This document shows positions 17,887 to 23,857 of a stretch of DNA of 38,785 nucleotides, piece after piece (the stretch's first letter is position 1; each line of letters opens with the position of its first letter). The notes under the pieces are model-generated. The model did not search any database and was not told the origin of the DNA. It worked only from the letters and a program-made list of their open reading frames with translations. The translations under genes and the position numbers were made by a program. Origin of the DNA: Patescibacteria group bacterium (GTDB lineage Bacteria > Patescibacteriota > WWE3 > 9FT-COMBO-53-11); contig DATDSA010000010.1 in NCBI GenBank assembly GCA_035291485.1, positions 1 through 38,785 on the forward strand. Direction: 5' to 3'.

Positions 17887-17908
17887 GGAAAGCACTAGGA
17901 AATGAAGA

Positions 17909-17947
17909 AACCCCCGAACAGTTCAACTGTGCGGGGGTTACTTTTTT
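17909..17947. terminator. Bidirectional terminator hairpin between convergent genes
   Basis: AACCCCCGAACAGTT...AACTGTGCGGGGGTT forms a long stem. It is followed by ACTTTTTT on the plus strand and preceded by an A-rich run. Confidence 0.65.
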
Positions 17948-18383
17948 ACCACAACCCAAAGAAGTAGAGCACGTTCGTGGTGGCCGCGGCAAGGGACACG
18001 GCGCTGAGAGCGGCCACGATCGCCAACCAGAGAGGACGGGGGAAGCAATCAAACCAGAGAAACCAGAGAACCCCACCGATCACCACCGTGGCGATAGTTT
18101 GAATCAGCATCATCGCCTGAAGGTGGGGAAGGTAGACCACGGTGACTTGATAGAAGGGATTCAACTCCACGGCGTAGTACTCTCCCCCCGAGGCCCAGAG
18201 AAAGGTCGAGACATCCAAGATCCGGGAGAACAGGAAGAGGGCGACGGTACCGGGAATCCAGAGTTTCGGGATCCTGTCCAACCGGTAGAGAAACAAAAGC
18301 GCGGTGGCGGAGACGAACGCCAGTCCCAACGTAAAGAGCTCGGGAACGTTCCTGAGCAGGACATCCCAAGGAAGGTTCGGCAT
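17946..18383 (-). CDS. Integral membrane protein, unknown function
   Basis: 145 aa with four hydrophobic segments. ATG is preceded by AAAGGAGAG. Confidence 0.65.
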   Translation of the reverse strand: MPNLPWDVLLRNVPELFTLGLAFVSATALLFLYRLDRIPKLWIPGTVALFLFSRILDVSTFLWASGGEYYAVELNPFYQVTVVYLPHLQAMMLIQTIATVVIGGVLWFLWFDCFPRPLWLAIVAALSAVSLAAATTNVLYFFGLW

Positions 18384-18420
18384 CGTTTCTCTCCTTTCCG
18401 CTGAGTTTCCTTATTCTACT

Positions 18421-19332
18421 TTATTTATTCCCGCGGTGGAATTTGCGATGGACTTCCTTGAGTTGGGGATTGGTGATGTGAGTGTAGATCTGGGTGGTGG
18501 AGATGTTAGCATGGCCCAGCAGTTCCTGGACGGACCGGATATCGGCGCCTCGGCGCAGGAGGTCGGTCGCAAAGGTGTGCCGCAGGGTATGAGGAGACGG
18601 GTCGGCCGCAATTCCCGCCGCCAATGCGTATTTCTTGACCAACTTCTGGATGCTCCGCACCGTCAACCGAGCGTCCCAGCCTTCCGGATCAATCGGGTTT
18701 CCCCCCTTGAAACGAATGAAAAGGGGCTTGTATTCGTCCTGCCGGTTGTTGAAATAGTTTGTGAGAGACGCTGCGGCGGAATCGGAAACAAAAACCACCC
18801 GAATTTTTCTCCCTTTACCCATTACCGAGATCTCCCGGGTCTTGAGATTCACATCCTTTACATCTAGTCCTACCAGTTCCGAAACCCGCAAACCGGTGGA
18901 AAAAAGAAGCTCCAGGATCGCTTTGTCCCGTCGGCCCTGTTGGGATTTCGGATCAGGAGCATCCAGAAATCTCTCCAAAGTGGATTCGTCCATCACCTTT
19001 ATCTTTCGGTCACCTTCTTCGATCAGCTCGATCCGGTCCGACGGCATCACTTCCAGCTCTTCTTGCTGAGCAAGGTAGCGCAGAAAGGAACGGACCGCAA
19101 TTAGATGGTGGTTCTGGGAACTTTTCTCAAGCGGATTTCCATTCTTGTCCTGATAGCGATTAAGGAATAGTTTGTAGCGCCGAACTAATTGAGGCGTAAT
19201 CGAAGTAGGGGAGTCGGCCTTCGCAAAATCGAGGAATCTTCTTAAAGAGAAAGCGTAGTTCTCGACGGTGTGGGGCGAACGGCCCTTCTCAATCTCTAAA
19301 TATTCTAAGAATCTTTGCAGGTACTCTTTCAT
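18421..19332 (-). CDS. Tyrosine recombinase, XerC/XerD family
   Basis: An N-terminal SAM-like core-binding domain is present. The catalytic region shows GLRVSEL, HTLRHTFATDLL and LLGHANISTTQIYTH. Confidence 0.9.
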   Translation of the reverse strand: MKEYLQRFLEYLEIEKGRSPHTVENYAFSLRRFLDFAKADSPTSITPQLVRRYKLFLNRYQDKNGNPLEKSSQNHHLIAVRSFLRYLAQQEELEVMPSDRIELIEEGDRKIKVMDESTLERFLDAPDPKSQQGRRDKAILELLFSTGLRVSELVGLDVKDVNLKTREISVMGKGRKIRVVFVSDSAAASLTNYFNNRQDEYKPLFIRFKGGNPIDPEGWDARLTVRSIQKLVKKYALAAGIAADPSPHTLRHTFATDLLRRGADIRSVQELLGHANISTTQIYTHITNPQLKEVHRKFHRGNK

Positions 19333-19449
19333 CGGTTTTGGGTAGATGGGGGAGTAAGCCGTTTTGCAATCTCTTGAAATGTGATTGTTCGCACTTTGTT
19401 GATTATATGAACCACAGTTTCAATTTACCGGACTCCCCTTCCTGATGTC

Positions 19450-19535
19450 AATAGGACGGCCGCTTGGGCGACCTAGCTATTGATAGCGATTCTCCGAATC
19501 GCGTCCAATAGGACGCCCTCCGGGTCCTACACGGG
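19450..19535. repeat. Three abutting hairpin-element copies (forward, reverse, forward)
   Basis: Copy 1 is AATAGGACGG/GGCCGC-TTGG-GCGACC/TAGCTA (19450-19479). Copy 2 is GATA/GCGATTC-TCC-GAATCGC/GTCCAATA (19481-19510, reverse type). Copy 3 is AATAGGAC/GCCC-TCC-GGGT/CCTAC (19507-19531). Copies 2 and 3 share GTCCAATAGGAC. Confidence 0.7.
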
Positions 19536-19932
19536 AGAGGCGCCTATTTGTTCACCGAAGGTGAAACAAGTTCCCCACAAAATGTCATACAAAAAATTCA
19601 AATAGACAAAGGGGGATTCGAAAATCAAAATCGAATTCGGAAACGGCCCCCAGCAAGCCTTCTATCTATACAAGATTCTCGCCGAGACGACCATTACGTC
19701 GTCTTGCGACCAATTTTGTTAAGCAATTCTAGGCGCTTGTGGGAAGAGGCCGGGCGAGACCGGCGCGGCATTTACCCACTTTTACTTTCGATCAAACAAT
19801 CTAACAATCAACACAAATTAAAGTATTAATTTAAAATCTACTCTCGCACTCTAGTCTATCGCAAATATTAATATAATTATAGGTCTAAGGTGACTATGGG
19901 TTAGCAGGCACTCCCCTCCTCTGCAAACATCT

Positions 19933-20703
19933 CTATTTAATCACCGCGGCGAGGATCAAAACCGCCAGAGAAACAAGAATATATTCCAAGACGATGGCGT
20001 ATTTGAGATGCTTTCCAAAATAGGCCCGGGAAACCCCCAGGGCGGAATAAAAGAAGGTCGCCTCGGAGATCCCGCGAAGGTGCGCTTTCCAGGGGAAAAA
20101 GGAGAAGGCCAGGGAGACCTGAACCGCCGCCAGCGCCAGCAGAGCCGCCACCGCAAAGAACCGCCTCTCCAGTAGATCCCTGGTGGTCAGGAACCAAAAA
20201 GCGTCCGCTGCCAGGACGAATACCAACCCAAAGAGCAGGCCACTGCTCAGGACCACTCCCAGATCGAGCTTGTAGAGCGCGGTCATCAGCAGGAAGGCGG
20301 AACCAAAAGCGAAGATGAAAACGACCGGCTGGGCGGCTTTCTCCAGCGGGATGCCCTCCTTCCGGATCCGGCTTACCTTAAAAACATTCAGAGCCAGCAG
20401 CAGGATATAGATCCCCAAAGAGAAGGCGACCCAACCGACGATCTTGGCCGCGGGGTGGAAATTCGGAAAGAGGTACTGGTCGAGAGCCGCTCCCATTGAA
20501 AAGAAGAGAGGAAGAACCGGAAAGGTAATCGCCTCGACGCCGCCCAGTCTCCCCAGAGCGAGAGGCAGGAGCAGGAGAGAAATAAGCGGAAGAGCAAAAA
20601 CCGGCAGAAGACTCTCCTGGGAAGAGAGGAGCGCCAGAACAGCGGTGAGGAGAACAGAGACAAGGAAAAATCGGACTCGTTTGTTTCGCAGGAAGGTTAG
20701 CAT
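19933..20703 (-). CDS. Polytopic membrane protein, unknown function
   Basis: About 8 hydrophobic segments. ATG 20703 (MLTFLRNKR) lies 1 nt after the ruvC stop. The longer ORF start at 20763 would overlap ruvC. Confidence 0.65.
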   Translation of the reverse strand: MLTFLRNKRVRFFLVSVLLTAVLALLSSQESLLPVFALPLISLLLLPLALGRLGGVEAITFPVLPLFFSMGAALDQYLFPNFHPAAKIVGWVAFSLGIYILLLALNVFKVSRIRKEGIPLEKAAQPVVFIFAFGSAFLLMTALYKLDLGVVLSSGLLFGLVFVLAADAFWFLTTRDLLERRFFAVAALLALAAVQVSLAFSFFPWKAHLRGISEATFFYSALGVSRAYFGKHLKYAIVLEYILVSLAVLILAAVIK

Positions 20704-20704
20704 C

Positions 20705-21214
20705 TCAGGAGGCCGCCTTAATTTTCCCTCTCTCCAGATGGCAGATGGCGATCGCCAGCGCATCAGCGGAATGAACCGGGGTGGGATGCTCTTTAAGGCG
20801 GAGCATCTTCTTTATCGACTGTTGAACAAGTTTTTTATCCGCTCGGCCGTGACCGGCCACAATCAGTTTTGCCTCCAAAGAATTGTATTCGTAGACCGGC
20901 AGGTCCCGCTCCCCCGCCAGAAGGAGGATCACTCCGTAGGCCTGGGCCACCGAGATGGCCGAGGCAACATTGACGTTGAAAACCACTCGTTCAATGACGA
21001 TCTCCTCCACCGCGTGGGCATCCACTAGTTCCTCCACTCCCCGCTTGATCGTGACCAAACGCTTGGAGAGAGGCTCGGAGGACGGCGTCTTTATCATCCC
21101 GTGAGCGATGTATTCTAGACCGGATTTCTTATCCTTCGATTTGGGGTTTTTAATCTTTCTGATAATCCCCCACCCCATCTCAGCGGTGCCGGGATCAATG
21201 CCTAAGGTAATCAT
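20705..21214 (-). CDS. ruvC: Crossover junction endodeoxyribonuclease RuvC
   Basis: MITLGIDPGTAEMGWGII at the N-terminus and the C-terminal DALAIAICH motif. 169 aa. Confidence 0.9.
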   Translation of the reverse strand: MITLGIDPGTAEMGWGIIRKIKNPKSKDKKSGLEYIAHGMIKTPSSEPLSKRLVTIKRGVEELVDAHAVEEIVIERVVFNVNVASAISVAQAYGVILLLAGERDLPVYEYNSLEAKLIVAGHGRADKKLVQQSIKKMLRLKEHPTPVHSADALAIAICHLERGKIKAAS

Positions 21215-21248
21215 AAAGATGAATTATCAATTATCATTTTCTCAATTA

Positions 21249-21806
21249 TCAAATACTTGTTAATTGGTGAATTAGCTCGTCTGGGATATCGAAGTTGCTG
21301 TAGACATCCTGGACGTCGTCCTGCTCATCCAGGGCTTCCGCCAGGGCCAGCACCTTTTTCGCCGTTTCAGGATCGGAAACCGGGACCGTAAAGGTCGGGT
21401 TCTCCGGATCGATGAAGACATAGGCGGCCGAGCCGGCCTCCCCCATTTTGCCACCGTGGTTCTCAAAGATGCGCCGGATCTCGGGGAGGGTCCGGTTCTT
21501 GTTGTCGGTCAGGATCCTGACCATGAAGGCCGTCCCCATCGGACCATACCCCTCGTAGACCGCTTCCTCCAATGCCTGGGCCGAGGAGGCCGAAGCGGCG
21601 GCCCGCTCGATATTCTCTTTCGGCATGTTGTAGGAGTGGGCTTTCTCGATGGCTGACCTCAGGGTCGGATTGCTATCGGGATCGGAACCGCCTCGCCGCG
21701 CTGCCGTGGAGATCTCTCTCGCCAACTTGGAGAAGACCTTGCCGCGCTTAACATCGGCAACCCCTTTGGCGCGCTTGATTGTCGCCCACTTCGAGTGACC
21801 TGACAT
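21249..21806 (-). CDS. yebC: YebC/PmpR-family protein, short 185-aa form
   Basis: MSGHSKWATIKRAKGVADVKRGKVFSKLAREI, YEGYGPMGTA and the C-terminal DDVQDVYSNF are present. The middle domain appears shortened relative to the ~240-aa forms I recall. Confidence 0.85.
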   Translation of the reverse strand: MSGHSKWATIKRAKGVADVKRGKVFSKLAREISTAARRGGSDPDSNPTLRSAIEKAHSYNMPKENIERAAASASSAQALEEAVYEGYGPMGTAFMVRILTDNKNRTLPEIRRIFENHGGKMGEAGSAAYVFIDPENPTFTVPVSDPETAKKVLALAEALDEQDDVQDVYSNFDIPDELIHQLTSI

Positions 21807-21941
21807 TATTCAATAATCCTTTCTTGATCGCGACACTCGAATTGCAACCGAGCGAAGCGAGGACAGCACTTTTTGCAACCTGAGCACAGCGAAGGCCAGT
21901 ATTTCGAATGACCGCTCATTTCAGGAAAATGATAACAGATA

Positions 21942-21979
21942 AACAAAAAAAACCGTCAGGTTTTTTAGGCCTGACGGTT
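21942..21979 (-). terminator. Rho-independent terminator ending the ATPase operon
   Basis: On the minus strand, AACCGTCAGG-cctaaaaaa-CCTGACGGTT is followed by TTTTTTGTTT. It overlaps the last codons of CDS 21965..22828. Confidence 0.75.
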
Positions 21980-22828
21980 GTTCTTCTCAAACACTTCCCA
22001 AGATCGGATGACAAGGTTGGCTGCCATTCGGATTTCGGTAGGAACATCTCCGTAGCGCCAACGATACCACCCGGCGATGGCCTCCAACCGATAGCGGTAC
22101 CAGTCTCGGCAGGACCGGCAGATGCAGGTCACGTGCTTTCCGTGCCGAAGGCGACTGAACCAGCCCATCGCGATGTAGTCGATCTCCTCGAAACCGCGCT
22201 CGAGCTCCTCCGCCGAAACCCCGAGGATCTCCGCGGGAATGCTGGCCGGAACGGCCGCCGGTGGGAGTGCCGGTTGCTCCGGAGACTCCTCCGCCACCTC
22301 GATTTCGGGATCGGGCGGGGTTTGGCGCAGCTCTAGGAAAAAAATCGTGTGCTGCGCCTCTTCCCGACTTCTGGAAAAGGTGTGGTATCCCGCATCCTCG
22401 GCCAACCTGTCAAACATGACCAGGTGTTCACCGTCAGGCAGGAGCGCGATTATCCCCCAGACATTACTCGGCTCTCCTCGAAACTCGAGTTCATGAAAGA
22501 GGGCGGAATCCTGGACTTCTTTCCACTGAACGAGCGGAAAGGATTGATAGTCTGGGAGTTCCGGAGAATCACCCTCTTCCCATTCCCCTCTGTCCTCGAC
22601 GGACTTCTTCATCCTGGAGAGGGACTTCAGATTGGTGAGGATCGTCTGGCACATCACCGGATTCGGAACGACCACCAGATCGGGCGGGTCACTCATCAAA
22701 ATCCAGAACTCCCTCCCGTCGGCCAACCGAGCCTTGATCCCCCACTTTTTCTTGAACGGATCTTCCCGGAATTCAGAAACGGAAATGGCGGCGTCTTCCG
22801 GTACTTTGTCCCAGTGCAAGACTTCCAT
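21965..22828 (-). CDS. Hypothetical protein: two tandem ~95-aa modules, an acidic linker and a Trp/Arg/Cys-rich C-terminal region
   Basis: ATG is preceded by GAGAGGAGAG. HWDKVPEDAAISVSEFREDP...ADGREFWILM parallels QWKEVQDSALFHELEFRGEP...PDGEHLVMF. The C-terminus contains HGKHVTCICRSC. Confidence 0.7.
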   Translation of the reverse strand: MEVLHWDKVPEDAAISVSEFREDPFKKKWGIKARLADGREFWILMSDPPDLVVVPNPVMCQTILTNLKSLSRMKKSVEDRGEWEEGDSPELPDYQSFPLVQWKEVQDSALFHELEFRGEPSNVWGIIALLPDGEHLVMFDRLAEDAGYHTFSRSREEAQHTIFFLELRQTPPDPEIEVAEESPEQPALPPAAVPASIPAEILGVSAEELERGFEEIDYIAMGWFSRLRHGKHVTCICRSCRDWYRYRLEAIAGWYRWRYGDVPTEIRMAANLVIRSWEVFEKNNRQA

Positions 22829-22920
22829 CGGATACTCTCCTCTCTTTAGTTTTTAGGTTAGGCTAATTCTGCCACAAATTTACCGAAAAATCAATGCTAT
22901 GGGTTATTAAGGGAGGGGGG

Positions 22921-23844
22921 TTACCGAAGATCTTCTTCGTCCATTGGTTTCGCGGGTTTTCCACCGGAGGCGCCTGCCTGCGCAGGCAGGGATTTCGCGG
23001 CGCTCAACTTTGCTGGCTCTTCTTTCTTGACCTCTTTCACGGGAGCCTTTTCCACCTTAGCAGGTTCTTTCTTCGGAGCTGCTTTTTTAGCAAGAACTTC
23101 TTTCTTCTCTTCCGGCTTCACGGGCTTCCCCATAGAGATTTTTTTGTTATGGGCAATCTCCTCGGGAGTCCACACATCTCGGATTACACGAGCGGGCTTC
23201 TCCGTTGGTTTTTCCATCGGCCGAATCTCTTCTTTAGCTTTTTCGGGATGTTCGGTAGAGATTCTTTTGTTATGGGCAATCTCCTCGGGAGTCCACACAT
23301 CTCGGATTACACGAGCGGGCTTCTCGGGTTCGGAAACACCGCTGCCCGGCTTCCGGCCGATAATCTCCACTAATCCCGCAAAAGGAACGTTCCGCTGCCC
23401 TTTCGGAAGAATAATTTTGAGCTTGTCGCCCTCTTCCCCACCCCAGTAGCGGACCGCTCCCTGGATGAGCCGATAGGAACTATCCTTGGAGAGAGCCTCG
23501 AAGTGGCCATCCTTTACCGCCAGCTGAGCTTCCTGCTCCTCGCGTTCCATCTCCTCCAAAAGCTTAAAGCGCCGGCCCTCCGGGCCCTCCACCATCTTTA
23601 GTTTGTCACCGTAGACCAGCTTGGTTTTCGCGGAATAGTTGTCGGGAACGGGATATTTTTTACCGGCTTCGGTGACCATAAACATCCCGTCGTACTTGCC
23701 GACCAAACCGGGCATTTCGGGAGTACCGCTGCGGTGTTCTATTTCAGAAATGAGTTGTTTGGCTAAATTGAGAGAAGAGGACGCGGCGTTCAGCGCCTGG
23801 TTCAAAAGCTGGATTTTATCTTTCCCCCCGTGCCTCTCTTCCAT
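22921..23844 (-). CDS. Hypothetical protein with a coiled N-terminus, two beta-rich modules, an exact internal repeat and a Lys/Pro/Ala-rich tail
   Basis: ATG 23844 lies 13 nt after the ATPase stop. The motif YPVPDNYSAKTKLVYGDKLKM is present. EKPARVIRDVWTPEEIAHNK occurs twice. The tail is KKAAPKKEPAKVEKAPVKEVKKEEPAK. The part of the track ORF upstream of 23844 overlaps the ATPase gene. Confidence 0.7.
   Translation of the reverse strand: MEERHGGKDKIQLLNQALNAASSSLNLAKQLISEIEHRSGTPEMPGLVGKYDGMFMVTEAGKKYPVPDNYSAKTKLVYGDKLKMVEGPEGRRFKLLEEMEREEQEAQLAVKDGHFEALSKDSSYRLIQGAVRYWGGEEGDKLKIILPKGQRNVPFAGLVEIIGRKPGSGVSEPEKPARVIRDVWTPEEIAHNKRISTEHPEKAKEEIRPMEKPTEKPARVIRDVWTPEEIAHNKKISMGKPVKPEEKKEVLAKKAAPKKEPAKVEKAPVKEVKKEEPAKLSAAKSLPAQAGASGGKPAKPMDEEDLR
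23133..23325 (-). repeat. Two 70-nt direct repeats with a 123-nt period inside the CDS
   Basis: 23133-23202 and 23256-23325 differ at one position (T/C) by my alignment. Confidence 0.9.
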
Positions 23845-23857
23845 TGAAAAGATTCTA

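Noticed and set aside
18421-19332. The tyrosine recombinase as the integrase of an integrated mobile element.
   Set aside because: No flanking tRNA, direct repeats, or phage or conjugation genes are present. The domain layout and motifs fit chromosomal XerC/D. The neighbouring genes are ordinary membrane and housekeeping genes.
19548-19829. 93-aa plus-strand ORF in the long intergenic gap.
   Set aside because: It has a TTG start without an SD. The low-complexity translation crosses several hairpins and the AT-rich tract. No motif was recognised.
19790-19890. A dif-like Xer recombination site in the AT-rich tract near the recombinase gene. A second candidate was considered at about 7660-7685.
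   Set aside because: I could not align an 11-6-11 site with the conserved TTATG..AAAT XerD arm. The resemblance is only AT-richness with short palindromes.
23133-23325. Diversity-generating retroelement TR/VR pair. The same idea was considered for the 5135-5655 duplication.
   Set aside because: The single difference is T/C, not an adenine-specific pattern. Both copies are in frame in the same gene. No reverse transcriptase gene is in the window.
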